A program made the position numbers and the translations under genes. Below the pieces are notes generated by a model. The model was not told the origin of the DNA, made no database searches, and worked only from the letters and a program-made list of their open reading frames with translations. A DNA stretch of 63,293 nt, counting the filler, from Octopus bimaculoides (Eukaryota): assembly GCF_001194135.2 (NCBI RefSeq). It is 7 parts of 7 records of this genome, joined end to end, with 100 filler letters (N's around TTAATTAATTAA, not from the genome) between each part and the next. Parts side by side here need not be neighbours in the genome. Positions count along the whole stretch, not along the records: positions 32,007 to 57,636 come from NC_068981.1; 6 more parts are not named here. One strand, 5' to 3'. Shown here piece after piece: positions 38,386 to 51,950 of this stretch (the stretch's first letter is position 1; each line of letters opens with the position of its first letter).

Positions 38386-38431
38386 CAACAACAACAACAA
38401 CAACAGTGACAACAATGACAACAACAACAAC

Positions 38432-38578
38432 ATTGAAAAATACCTTAGGAATGAGAACCTAGGTTCGAAATTTCCCCAAGACATCTGGTGAAGGCTTGGA
38501 GGGTATATCAGCCGAAACATTGTGTTAACAACAAACAAGATGAGGACAAATATCTGTCAAATGTAAATAATGTAAATA
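38432..38578 (+). mobile_element. Penelope-type terminal repeat fragment after (AAC)n
   Basis: CTGGTGAAGGCT...AGCCGAAAC motif and TGTAAATAATGTAA tail, typical of PLE pseudo-LTRs (recalled architecture). Confidence 0.45.
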
Positions 38579-40438
38579 ATTCTCCAAATATGTTTTGTTA
38601 TGTTTGTGGAGAATACACATTATCTGAAAATCGAAAAAAACATCACTGATTTTGTTGAAAGAGTGTATATGGCATATTTTGGGGTCAAGTTAGGAGACCA
38701 AGATAAATATTGGGCACAGCATAGTGTCTGCAAATAATGTACAGAACATTTGCAACAATGGACTAAAGGGACAAAGAAAAGTATGAGGTTTTCTATACCA
38801 ATGGTATGGCGGGAGCCCTATAATCACATGGACAACTGCTATTTTTGTAACCTAAATTTGAAGGGCATTAACCAGAAAAATTGACAAATACTTGTCTATC
38901 CTAATCTTGCCTCTGCTATTAGACTGGTTCCACACAGTGAAGAGCTTCCTGTTCCTGTTTTGCCTCAAATAACTTTACCCTCAACCAAAGAAGATTCATC
39001 ACCTGAAGATGACACTAGAGATCAAGACTTTTCAGTTGAGACTTTACCTCAGCTATTCTCCCACAGAGAGCTGAATGATCTAGTTCTGCAGAACTGTTGG
39101 CTTCCTGACTGAAAAAGAAAAATCTTCTAGAGAATGGTGTCTGTATAACCTTTTATTGGAGTTGGCATGAAGAGTTCCTTTCTTTCTTCACAAAAGAGGA
39201 AGTGCTGGTTTACTGCAGAGATGGCAGTGGGCTTCTTAATAAACTTGGCGTTGAGGAATACAAACCAGAGGAATGGCATCTTTTCGTAGACAGCTCTAAG
39301 TGTAGTTTAAAATTTGTATTGTTGCACAACGGAAATGTGGATGGCTCTGTCCCACTCAGACACTCAACAACTCTGAAGGAAGAATATGAAGAAATTAAGT
39401 TGGTTTTAGAGAAGATACCATATCATGATCATAAATGGGTCATCTGTGTTGACTTAAAGATGGTGAACTTTCTCATGGGACAGCAATCTGGTTACACCAA
39501 ATACCCACGCTTTCTTTGTATGTGGGACAGTAGAGACCGAGTAAACCACTATGTTAAGAATGACTAGCTACCTCGAACAAATATGGCTCCATGTAGAGCT
39601 GTTAATATATTGGAAGAACCTTTAGTTGAGCAAGATAAGATCATTTTCCCCCCTTTGCACGTCAAACTCAGATTGATCAAGCAATTTGTCAAGGCTCTTG
39701 ACAAAAGTGGGGAGTGCTTAAGTATATCTGCAGTGTATTTCCAGACTTGATAATTTGAAAACTTAAAGCAGAGATTTTTGATGGACAACAGGTTCATAAG
39801 CTCTTGAAGGACACAAATTTCGCGAAAACAATGAGCAAAAATGAAGCATCAGCTTGGCTAGCCTTTGTTTGCAGAAGTAGTAGAAATTTCCTTGGAAACA
39901 CAAAAGTGAAAACTATAAAGACCTTGTTACCAACTTGATAACAACTTTTTGTGATATTGGCATTAATATGAGCATCAAAATGCATTATGTTTTTAGTCTT
40001 CTTGATTGTTTCCTGAAAATCTCAGAGACGTTAGCAATGAAAAAGATGAACGATTCCATCAGGACATCAAGATGGAAACTTGGTACCAAGGACGTTGGGA
40101 CACTGTGATGATGATAGACTATTGCTGGTGTTTAAGACGAGATACTTTTGTTGCTCAACATTCACCATGCACAAAGAAGCGTAAATTTATTTCTTGAATT
40201 TTCTGCCCCAAATCTTTGCCAATGTGCATTTTCAATTTTGAATTTTTATTTGTACTTTGTTTTGTTTTGTGTTATGCTCTCTTTATTCATTCATATTATA
40301 TGCTTCTTGTATGAATAAAATACTTACTGTATGAGATCCAGTCAGAAAACTAGACCTGATAGTGCAGGCAAAATCACTTACAAATTTGTTGAAATATTCC
40401 AGGCACCAAGCAAAAAAATTTATTTTTGTTGCCCAGTG
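38575..40438 (+). mobile_element. Chapaev3-like (CMC superfamily) DNA transposon, decayed, 5' end lost
   Basis: FCYVCGEY; YFGVKLGDQDKYWAQHSVC; PMVWREP; CYFC; LFVDSSKCSLKFVLLHNGN; CVDLKMV; PPLHVKL; DERFHQD. The terminus ...TTTTTGTTGCCCAGTG is followed by TTA (TWA). Family name is from recalled motifs. Confidence 0.75.
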
Positions 40439-41318
40439 TTATTGAATTACAATGATTATAAATGATATAAGAAATAGTAGAGTATGAGAATAAATGAAAA
40501 TCTAAGTTATTCAATTTCAAACTTGTGTGTGTAAAATCTGACATGGTCATCTTTGTACTTCATTTTTAAAACTTATAANNNNNNNNNNNNNNNNNNNNNN
40601 NNNNNNNNNNNNNNNNNNNNNNNNNNNNNNNNNNNNNNNNNNNNNNNNNNNNNNNNNNNNNNNNNNNNNNNNNNNNNNNNNNNNNNNNNNNNNNNNNNNN
40701 NNNNNNNNNNNNNNNNNNNNNNNNNNNNNNNNNNNNNNNNNNNNNNNNNNNNNNNNNNNNNNNNNNNNNNNNNNNNNNNNNNNNNNNNNNNNNNNNNNNN
40801 NNNNNNNNNNNNNNNNNNNNNNNNNNNNNNNNNNNNNNNNNNNNNNNNNNNNNNNNNNNNNNNNNNNNNNNNNNNNNNNNNNNNNNNNNNNNNNNNNNNN
40901 NNNNNNNNNNNNNNNNNNNNNNNNNNNNNNNNNNNNNNNNNNNNNNNNNNNNNNNNNNNNNNNNNNNNNNNNNNNNNNNNNNNNNNNNNNNNNNNNNNNN
41001 NNNNNNNNNNNNNNNNNNNNNNNNNNNNNNNNNNNNNNNNNNNNNNNNNNNNNNNNNNNNNNNNNNNNNNNNNNNNNNNNNNNNNNNNNNNNNNNNNNNN
41101 NNNNNNNNNNNNNNNNNNNNNNNNNNNNNNNNNNNNNNNNNNNNNNNNNNNNNNNNNNNNNNNNNNNNNNNNNNNNNNNNNNNNNNNNNNNNNNNNNNNN
41201 NNNNNNNNNNNNNNNNNNNNNNNNNNNNNNNNNNNNNNNNNNNNNNNNNNNNNNNNNNNNNNNNNNNNNNNNNNNNNNNNNNNNNNNNNNNNNNNNNNNN
41301 NNNNNNNNNNNNNNNNNN

Positions 41319-41630
41319 ATTCTCACCACATGTCCATACCAGCGCAATCGTCTCTCTTGCACACCACAACTGATGCTTCTAATGTTCAGCTTTTCTCTCA
41401 AGATACTTACACTCTGACGGGTATTCACATTGACATTACACATCCAACGGAGCATACTGGCTTCATTCCTTGCGAGCTTACGTATGTCCTCAGCAGTTAC
41501 AGCCCATGTTTCACTGCCATGTAGCATGGCTGTTCGTACGCATGAGTCATACAGTCTGCCTTTTACTCTGAGTGAGAGTCCCTTTGTCGCCAGCAAGGGT
41601 AAGAGCTCTCTAAACTTTGCCCAGGCTGTA
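41319..41630 (-). mobile_element. RTE-clade LINE ORF2 C-terminal fragment
   Basis: AWAKFRELLPLL...KGRLYDSCVRTAMLHGSETWAV...MLRWMC...RRLRWYGHVVR. Confidence 0.88.
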
Positions 41631-41865
41631 TCAATATAAAAAATCAATTAGGAAAATTAGATACGCTAGAATAAAATTAGTGATACCTATTCAAATGAAA
41701 TTAGTGACAATCTGACGTTTAGTTCCAATTACGATGATTTTTGAATTGAGACTTTTTTCTTTTCTTTTTTTCGTAAATTGTTTCTCAGGTTTTTAACTAA
41801 ACAAAGTTAACGTTCTGTTCAAATAAACAGTCCTATTGAATGTACAAGGTCACAAACGTTGAAGG

Positions 41866-42025
41866 CAGGGCCGGCCCTCGGGTTGCTGGCGCTCCGGGTA
41901 AGCCGAACTTCGGCGCCCTTACAAGTATAATTTTTTAAAAACTTTCACAAGGAGAAAAACTGAAAATGCACGCACATGGCATCCCGGGCGACTGCTCGAG
42001 TTGCCGGTATCTTATGCCGGCCCTG
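41866..42025. mobile_element. hAT-type MITE with perfect 8-bp TSD
   Basis: TIR CAGGGCCGGC / GCCGGCCCTG; GTTGAAGG on both flanks (41858-41865 and 42026-42033). Confidence 0.85.
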
Positions 42026-42299
42026 GTTGAAGGGGTTGATACAATCGATTACATCGATTCCCAGAACTTAACTGGTACTTTTAGTTTATCGACCACAGGA
42101 ATATGAAAAGCGAAGTCACCCAGGTGAAAACTAATAACTGATGCGTTAACTTAACATTAATTTGCTTTGGTTTTGTTATTAACAATTTTTAACGATATTC
42201 ATAACAATGATATTTAACTAATAGCCAAGGATGCAGTATGTTGGTATGTTAGAGAAAAAAAAAACTGATGGAAGAATGTATCGAGAGATTATGAAGTAT

Positions 42300-43174
42300 G
42301 AAATTAAAGGTTAGTCAATAAAAGTCGATCCAAGTGGGGGTCGCCATTTTGTTAGTCGGACTAACAATGAATTTCTAGGTGAACGTCCCGTCGACTTTCT
42401 CGTACGGCAACCGCAGCCAACAAACATAGAGAACGAAAACTATTTAATAAATGTTTATTAGCTTTACTATTTTCATGCCGAACCCATTTTAAATATTGTC
42501 ATATCGACAATAAACGAAGCTACCTCGAAGATACAACGGAGAGAAGTAACACAGTACACGTTAAACTTCCATTCAATAAATAATTATCGATGTAAATATA
42601 TATATATATACATGTAGTGTGTGTTTTGTCTATCAAATTATCTCTAGCTCTCTATCTGACCGATCTATCTACCTCCAGAAAAACAAGTCTACGTTAATAG
42701 CCTTCTCTCCTCGACTAATTATATCTCTTTCTCAGTGATCTCCCCTCTTCCTCCTTCTGCTTATTTCATAACCCCTCCCCCTCTCTCTATTGCAGTACCT
42801 TTTTCTCCTCTGGCCTCTCCTCCCTGTTGCTGCCACTCCTTCACTTCCCTTCTCATGTTAACTCTGCCTTCCTTTTTTTTTTCACTACAACGACTTTCCG
42901 GATGTCACTGCCAACTGATCTCCAACTTTGCTATTTAGTCGCTCTTTCGTAAAGAAACTAAACACGTACTACCACTACGACCATCACCACTACAACAACA
43001 ACAACAACAACTACTACTATTACTACTACTAATCTACATTACTGTCTGGGTGGATCGAACCCATGTGGCCTTTTGTCCTTGTCTATTAACGTCTAAATAT
43101 GAACATCATTTTGGGAAATCGTTGAGCTTTATACATATTATTTCTCACCCTCGAAAGCCCAACACACGGTAAGT
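42300..43174. promoter_or_regulatory. Candidate promoter/first-exon region in a CpG-retaining island
   Basis: YY1-type CGCCATTTT at ~42342, higher CpG than the flanks, and a strong + donor ACG|GTAAGT at 43168/43169. Confidence 0.35.
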
Positions 43175-44924
43175 TCATTAGACTGCGGATTCTGACACTA
43201 TTTTGATCCTTTACTTCTGAGTTTGCTATTTCATCTATTAATATTTCTATTTTATTTTTATTTTCGTCCTCGTTTTATAATTGAGTCTTAAAAATCTTGC
43301 TATTAATTTCTCGTTAGTTGTCAAAAGTCCCTCTCTCCCCTCTCTTATGTTACTATACCAACTCTGTTTAGTTGGTGCTTCTATGTTACTATTCTCAAAG
43401 ACGTGCATACACACATACGTATAGCTTTTCCATATACCCTGGCTGCTCCATTGCTATATTAAAACAAACTCAGACTGACAGGTACCACGGTAACTATTCC
43501 TGCGTAAATACATCTCCGATTTTTAAATCATCTCTATAGATCAACTATATTGGTATGCACGCATGCATAAATGTATGTATGAATATGAATACTCCTTCAT
43601 ACATACATACATATTTTTTCTTTTACATACACACACACAGTAAGTACGTACAAGCCATGGAGACATCTGGTTTAAATGATGGCAATTTAACCAATGTTTC
43701 CAGCCATTTGCTCTCGTATGATTAGTTATTCTAAAATTATAAATGTCTGCTAATTGACTGTTGATGTCGTTGTCTAGATGTCCTACTAGTCTTTTCGCTT
43801 CATGTTGACATACTAGCAGATATCCACCCCCTATGGTACTGTGCAGACAGATTGACATAATAACTGCCACACTCACCAATTTGCTAATCTTACTTTTTTT
43901 TTTCTTTCTTCTTCGTTTTATCTTGGTTTTATTCCACGTCAGTTGTCTGTACCAACAACAGCGAGGGAAAACTTAAGTTGACCTCTATTATTTCTTTGGG
44001 ATCATCTGAATATCTTGGGATGGGATTCCTAGATATACCCTCCTATTACTGTCACCGTCGCCGCCACCGCCTCTACAACTTCACCAACAGTAGTCTGTGA
44101 AACCCTCTTGTTTACACAAATTCTAGATTTTCATTTTTCCCAAACTTGACCTATTAGCCTAAATTTTCTGTGAAGTGTATACACCAGATCAACGCAAGGA
44201 ACAATTTATCAACCTCGTTGTTGCTTTCTTATTACATTTCCTACCTATATCGCGAAATACATGATTACATACATACATATACATACTTACATGCATGCAT
44301 TCATTCATGCATACATACATGCATGCTATTTACATCACACCCAATTCTTTTTTTGTTATATACTATTTATGCATTATCAAGATTATCACTAATCGCATTA
44401 ACTTTTAGTCGTCTTTCGACCCTGACAGTATTATCAAATGAACTGTTTGTTAATCTGATCTCTGGATGCAAGTTTCCCCTCTTGCTAGAAACATAACTAC
44501 GTTTAGAAGTAGTGCGATTTTATTTGCTATTTAATTGGTTTTGCTATGTAGGATTTTGTTATGTATCGCTGTGGTTATTCACTACCACCTGCAGTTTGAT
44601 TAGTGTACATGCTTTTAGTGCCACCAAGTTGTGTCTGTTAACTCTATCTAATACGTTCTTATGTACACACCCAGTATAATATTGCATATGATTATTTAGT
44701 GTTACATGGCCACAGTAACGTAACATTTCGCTGTGAGCATTTCATCCTGGTCATGGTCACTAATTTAACGAACAGTTATCTGATGGGTTTTCTTCTCGGG
44801 GTTACAGATAGTTTTCTTCCAATGTGTGTACGTGTGCGTATTTGTGTTATTGTTACGTTCTCTACAGCCACTAGAATCATCTGCAATTGGCGAATTTTCA
44901 GTCTCGGTAAACTTCCACTAAAGA

Positions 44925-45720
44925 CTTAACTTCGTCGAGCGAACAAGGGAACCTCTATATGGTCGTTCGATCTGCTAGAAATATCAACGAAATCTCCTGC
45001 AAATCACTTCACTACGTTGGGAAATGCGGTCCTGGTTTGTCTGTGTGTAGGAAAAAGATGGGACGGTCTCGGCCGGAATGCTTTTGATCCTAGGTCTGAT
45101 TGATCAGAGTTAACATAGAGCTAAACAACATCAACAACTTGGTTGGACCCGCTATAAATAGCAGCCAAATCTCCCTCAAAACACATACTGCCGTTTTAAA
45201 AAGCAGAGACAGCTTGGATTAGTCTAAAGTACACTACTTCTTGGAAGAGAATAAAGAAAGAAAAACTAAATAAGTAAAGGATGAAATGTCAAAATTGCGT
45301 AGCTTTTGATCATAGGTGTGTTCACACAGGACTAATATAGGTCTAAAACACAGCGTAGCTTAAAAACATACACACCCAAACATATTTTTTATTAAGTACT
45401 TTGGCTATTTTATGTTCTTAATTACTTTCCATTCCTATGTATAATGAAATATAATATTCCAGGAAACAAAATCGTAATTTACCTATATTGTGTTTCGTAA
45501 CCTCTTATTCCTTAGTTTTGCTCCAGATGCTAGAAATTTTCTGTAGTCTCTCAACCTGCTAGAAATAGCAAACAAAATTTCCTCAAATTACACCATACTG
45601 TCTTTAAAAAGGGAAGGACTCGTTGGATGATATAGTTCTAGATATACGAAAAAGTGAGATGATTGCCACAGAAACATATCTTCGATCGTAGGTATGCTCG
45701 ATCAAGTTTAAACAACTCTT
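44925..45720 (+). mobile_element. Cluster of three copies of a dispersed CTGCTAGAAATAGC repeat family (others at ~13660-13790 -, ~16590-16790, ~55060-55220)
   Basis: Shared CTGCTAGAAATAGCAGCCAAATCTCCCTCAAA core and GGAATGCYTTTGATC...CTAAACAAC tail. Confidence 0.6.
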
Positions 45721-46545
45721 CTTTCTTATTAAGGACACAGGTCTAAGTTTTGCTAGCAAGATATGATAACATTTTAAAAAGTCAATCCCATCTCGTATGT
45801 ATTTCTCCATTGAACTTTGATAAAAAAATAAAAAATATTGTGAAAAGCATTGTTGATGGTACCCCCCTAAAAGAACACTGGTGATGATGCCACAAAAAGC
45901 ACCCGGTACATTCTATGAAGTGGTTGACGTTATGAAGGGCATCCAGCTATAGAAACCATACCAAAATAGTGGAACCTAGTGCAGCTCCTGTCATGTCAGC
46001 ATGGAAAACGGACGTTAAACGATGATACGTTGTTGAGTATTTTGGTAATACTTACGTACACATATATTACAGCCTAAAATGTGTCAAAACTATTTAAAAG
46101 TTGAAGGCGGGTATTCTTAGAATTGGAATGGCTGAAAACGTGTGTTTTACATGCAGTGCAATAACATCATTTCAAAAATATGTGCATATTGAAAGATACA
46201 TGTAGCTACAGTTCAGCTATCACCAAATAGAGCTATGATAAAATACAATCTGCCCACAACCATCCAATATTATATTTTTCTGTCCAGCTATACCCTGGTT
46301 CCTCCCACCTATTCTTCTATAATGTGAGTAGCTTTGTAGCTCTTCTACAGTAGCCACGTCTAGCATCTTTATTCGATGCTGGCATGGATTGGACAGGATA
46401 TCTTTTTCTTTTACTGCGGCCATGCTGGGGCATCAGCTTGAAGGGTTTTAGTTGAACAAATTGGCCCTGGGACTTTCTTCTTTTTTAACGTAGCACTTAT
46501 CCTATTAGTCTCTTTTGCCAAACTGCTTTCATTAAAGGTAAGTAA

Positions 46546-46585
<40 letters not shown>

Positions 46586-47932
46586 TACAGGCTTCTTTCA
46601 GTTTCCATCTACTAAATTTACTCACAAGGCCTTGGTCAGCCTAAGGCCATAGTAGAAGACACTTGCCCAAGGTGCCATGCAGTGGGACTGAACATAGAAC
46701 CATGTGGTTGGGAAGCAAGATTCTTAACACATAGTCATATGTAATACATTATGGAGGATAGATTATAAACAATTAATAATTATTTATGAATATATCAATG
46801 GCCAAACATGTTATCATAAAATACAAAGAAGAATGTTTATAATTATGAACAATTCACAATTATAACTAAGAGGGTTTCAAAACTCTTACATGTTTAGAAA
46901 TAGCAGTCAAAACCACTATAAAGCCATTTGAGCAAGGCATTTAAGCTTTGTTTTATCCCCCAAAAGGTAGAATATTACAATTTATATAACATGAACCTTA
47001 ATTTACTGTCCAAAACCCTTTAAATTAGGGTATATGAAAAACTATAATAGAGACACAGATGTAGCAGTGTGGTTGAGAAATTTGCTTCTCAACCATTTGG
47101 TTCCGAGTTCTGTGCCCCTGCATGGCACTTTGGGTAAGTGTTTTCTACTATAGTCCTGGACTGATCAAATTTATGTGAGCAGATTTGGTAGAAATAGAAG
47201 GAAACTGAAAGTAGCCCATTGTATATATGTGTTTGTGTCTTCTGTTCTTGACATTGCATTGGTAGTTATAAATGAGTGTCACTATCATACAAGTGGTGTT
47301 GCTAATTTCCACCATTCTTTGAGAACATGTCTGGCGGGGAAACAGGTAAAAGTTGGTGACAGGAAGTGCATCCAGGTGTAGAAAACCTGTTCAGTAAATT
47401 CTGTCTGAGCCATGCAAGAATAGAAAAGCAGATGTTAAAATGATATGGTTATATATAAATATATCCTTTTGCCTTTCTTTCTATCTGTCCCCTTTCTCCC
47501 TTTACTTTACTTCTATCTCATATCTACCTCAGCCTTTTCTCTCTGTCCTCCACTACCGGGGGGGGGNNNNNNNNNNCCCCCCCCCCCCTTCTCAGTACCT
47601 TGTAACCATCCCATTTCTCTTTCAAGTTTTCATTTTTTGCCCAGCTGCTGACCTCTTCAGTCATGCTTCTCTCAGGTTCCAGTTTTTACCTTTCCTTCAA
47701 CACTGGGTCCATTTTTTCTCACTTTTCATTCTATCCTTCATTCTATCTTTCTATTTCTCCACTTTCTTTTTCAAGTTCTATTGGAAAATGTCATTTTCCA
47801 TTGCATTACTTCTACACATGTCCTGTTCCAACGCTGTCTCAGTCTTTGTTTTGTTTGTTTACTTACATTCATACAAACTGCTTGTGCTGTTTGTTTTCGT
47901 CACCATCCTTTGCATTTGCTCATTGTTCCCAG

Positions 47933-48020
47933 GTGAACAGTGTTGATGTTGAAGACATGAAATTGTAGTGATTTTTTTGGACGATGACTAGCTAGGAGAG
48001 AGCATGCCCATGTCTTGTGT
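47933..48020 (+). other. Candidate non-coding or 5' UTR exon of an unidentified + strand gene
   Basis: Long pyrimidine tract, acceptor cattgttcccAG and donor TGT|GTGAGT; stops in the forward frames, with an ATG at 48004 running into the donor. Confidence 0.35.
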
Positions 48021-49619
48021 GTGAGTTTTCTGTTTGTTCCTTTGTCGTCCTTCTGTGCCATTTTTTAATCTTATACACACATTGTGTCAACAGTTCATAT
48101 TTACTCAGTTGTACAGTTTCTGTTGATTATTTGAAATTAGACAAAATTAGCACTGTTGTTCATCTATAGGGTAGCAGATAGGATTTACCTGCTAGAAATA
48201 GCGACTCAAATGTTTTTAAATCAAATCCCAATGGTGGATGTTCAAGAACCAAATGAAGGGCAGATTTTCAAACCCGGGATCATCCTGATTCCAAAATGGT
48301 ATATGTCTTTGTAGAGCAAATGTAGACTGAGATAGAGGAGTCCCAGACAGACAGAATTTTGCTTTTATTATTATAGATGAGAAATTTTTCCTTGAAGAAT
48401 TTTAGCTATTAACTCTTTGTTACAGTGACCGGTTATTATATATAAACTACCACTAATTCTTTACTCGTTGAAAATTTTCTTAGTCAAAAAAGTCCAGTCC
48501 TGCAATGTTTCAGTTCCAGAACATAAACGTATGATAGAAGGGATTACAGTTTTTTCCCCACTTAGATTAGTTTCTCATCTCCTTACAAATGAACATAAAG
48601 AAGTTTGGTATGATTTATGTGATATTGTGCATTTCTGGACAGGCTGGTTGATGCAGTCCATGCAATACCGTATTGTGCAGAGCTTAGAATTAATTATGAC
48701 AGTTAAAAAATCACTACCAAAAGTACATTGAACACAATTACTTTCCTTGCAAATAGACTCTCTATTACTAGATAAACTGGTGAATACTTCTGCATTATGC
48801 AGATTTTCAGACTTTTGCTATGTATTCCAGCATCATTTCGTATAAAACATCTATTGGAATCATTATTGCTACTTCCGGCCCAGAAGCATTATGGTGTACT
48901 TTAGTTGAAGGTTGGCAGCCTGCCATTTGCAATAAGAATGGACATTTTTGCATTTGTTTTGGATGCTGAAGTAGAGGACTTTTGCTGAATAAAACAATTT
49001 GATTCTCTGTGACTATTTCTCATCATCAGAAAAACAATGATTTATTCAGTTAAAACTTGGAAACAATTATTTTCACAAGTTCCACAAGAAGTATTTTGGA
49101 ACATGTTTTCTGCAGGGTAATTCAATAATAATAACAATGGAAAAATTTCTTTGTCCACATCATTTTGGTGGCATTCCTTCTGATATGAGCATAGTGTACA
49201 AATGGCACTCCTGATAAATATAGTGGCCACATTGGAAAACAACGTTCATCAATTTCATTGCTGAATTTCTCAGGTTCAATTGAACAACAAAGACATACTC
49301 ATCTTACTAACTGCCTTACTGTCAATCTTCAGTCATATTGCCCATTACGTTCACTACAATCAATTAAACCAATTTTCATTAAACAGCAAAAGGGAGATTT
49401 TGTGCTGATTCTAGTCACTCTTTACTCTTTACTCTTTTACTGTTTCAGTCATTTGACTGCGGCCATGCTGAAGCACCGCCTTTAGTTGAGCAAATCGATC
49501 CCAGGACTTATTCTTTGGAAGGCTAGTACTTTTCTATCAGTCTCTTTTGCCAAACCACTTACATCAGTTGTCAAGCGATGGTGGGGTGGGGGGCAAACAC
49601 AGACACACAAACATATACA

Positions 49620-50630
49620 TCATCATCATCGTCATTTAATGCCTGCTTTCTATGCTGGCATGGGTTGGACGGTTTGACTGAGGACTGGCAAGGTTTCTGC
49701 AGCTGGATGCCCTTCCTAACACCAACCACTCCGAGAGTATAGTGGGTGCTTTTTACATGCCACCAGCGCAAGGGCCAGTCAGGCAGTACTGGCATCGACC
49801 ACACTCGAATGGTGCTTTTTACATGCCACCAGAATGGGAGCCAGTCAGGTGGACCTGGCAATGACCATACTCAAATGGTGCTTTTTACGTGTCACCGGCA
49901 CGGGACCAGTTAGGCGGCGTTGGCATTGACCACGTTCATATTGTGCATTTTATGTTCCACTGGCATGGGAGCTGGTCTGGTAAGACTGGCATCAACCACA
50001 CTCGAATGGTGTTTTTTATGTGCCACCGGCACAAATGCCAATCAGGCGGTGCTGGCTTCAGCCATGACAGTGATTTCACTTGACTTAATAGGTTTTCTCA
50101 AGCACAGTTTATTGCCCAATGATTGAAGGGTACTCTTAAATGGGCCAGTTACACGACACTGGCATAGGCCACGGTTACGGTCTCACTTGGCTTGCTGGGT
50201 CTTCTCAAGCACAGCATATCTCCAAAGGTCTTGGTCACTTGTCATCGCCTCCGTGAGGCCCAATGTTCGATGGACGTGCTTCACCACCTCATCCCAGGTC
50301 TTCTTGGGTCTACCTCTTCCACAGGTTTCCTCTACTGCTAGGGTGTGACACTTTTTCACACAGTGTCCTCATCCATACGCAACACATGACCATACCAGTG
50401 CAGTCATCTCTCTTGCACATCACATCTGATGCTTCTCATGTCAAACTTTTCTCTCGGGGCACTTACACTCTGTCATATATGCACACTGACATTACACATC
50501 CAGTGGAACGTACTAGCTTTATTTCTTGCAAGCGTATGCATGCTCTCAGCAGTCACAGCCCATGCTTCACCGCCATGTTGCATGGTTGTTCGCACACATG
50601 CATCATACAGTCTACTTTTCACTATATATG
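49620..50630 (-). mobile_element. RTE LINE 3' end: ORF2 tail, 3' UTR with ~66-bp repeat x5 (~49745-50070) and (GAT)n tail
   Basis: Same family as 41319-41630. Short 3'-end copies occur at ~34250-34440, 35060-35450, 45900-46030 and 54250-54450. Confidence 0.8.
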
Positions 50631-51318
50631 ACAAGCTTCTTTCAGTTTCCATCTACCAAATCCACTCACAAGGCTTTGGTNNNNNNNNNNCACTATATAT
50701 GACAAGCTTCTTTCAGTTTCCATCTACCAAATCCACTCACAAGGCTTTGGTCAGCCTGAGGCTATAGTAGAAGAGACTTACTCAAGGTGCCACATAGTGG
50801 GACTGAACCTGGAACCATGTGGTTGGGAAGCAAGCTTCTTACCAGACAGCCATGCCTGTGCATATGTCTAAGTCATATGTATGTAGCTAACCAATGTATT
50901 GATGCTTTACACAATTCATGTAGCATCAACAGTTTGATTGATGAGACTGTTGTCTAGAATCTCTCGGCAATGTCTTGGAATTAGCGTGTCAATGGAAACA
51001 CACTGCTTCTTCATTTTCTGTATTTCAAACATCTTACATTTTTTTCCTTGTATGTGATGGTACATTTAAATGTTTTGACCAACTTGTGTTCCTCTATAAT
51101 TCAAGGACATGATTTTCTTAAATAATGTGACTACTATAATTAAACTTGAAGGACCATTAAAAAAAGTCATGTTTTTTAACTCGTTATGTTCATGGCTCTT
51201 CATCATAATTTTTCTGCTTTTGCCCCTTGATGAAATGTTCATGATGGAGATCAAATGTCTTCCTGATGATGGTATTGTTCCTCTTCATGATGAGTACAAG
51301 TGGCACTAATTTTTTCTA

Positions 51319-51950
51319 GATGCATCTCCTCTTCCTAATATTGAAGATTTCATGCATTCTATTTCCTGCAACAATATTTATTGCAAACTGGATCTGAAAG
51401 CAACATAACATCCAATTCAATTCTGCAATGAGGATAAGAGATAAACTACATTTTAAGCCATTTAACACTTATTCCTGTTTACAAGATTACTCTCTGATGT
51501 AAGCACTTTCCAAAGAGTCAAGGATGGTATAATTACTGAAAACAATATCAAAGGAATCTACATCTATATTGATAATGTTTTCATTATTTGTAAAACTTGA
51601 GTAACATAATGGGAACTTGGCTCAGTTAATTTCAGTTATATTGAACAATAACAATTATCTTCTCTACCAAATATTCATTTGTTACCTACGATGCAAACTA
51701 GAAAATAGTTCTCTGTAACTATATGACAACTAGGTTTGTTTAGTTGTTCTGACACGTGTCTCTCTTTCGTCAGAAGTAATTCAACCTCAACTTAATCCTA
51801 GTTTTCCAATGTGAAAACTGACATCTAGATGTTATCCACTTGCTTCAAACTTCAATATTTAATGTCTCTCCATCACCTGTTTTGCCTCAAATTCCACTAC
51901 AAATTGAAACTGATACTTTTGGAACTACAATTTCAGGCGTCCTTCACTGT
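51319..51950 (+). mobile_element. Ty3/Gypsy LTR retrotransposon RT relic
   Basis: One frame with stops: DASPLPNIEDF...IYCKLDLKAT*HPIQFCNEDKR*TTF...FQRVKD...IYIYIDNVFII (YIDD-like site at 51565). Confidence 0.8.

Noticed and set aside
43790-43830. HEAKRLVGHL resembling the nicotinic/chemotactile receptor N-terminal helix (DAKRLYDDL)
   Set aside because: The downstream Y-x4-RP motif and all other Cys-loop features are absent.
48780-49260. CxxC-containing short ORF on - (49042-49242)
   Set aside because: It is interrupted by stops, has no recognisable family and no convincing splice pair.
49745-50070. Regularly spaced ~66-bp repeats resembling a CRISPR array
   Set aside because: Whole units are homologous with no unique spacers, there are no cas genes, and they lie in an RTE 3' UTR in a eukaryotic genome.
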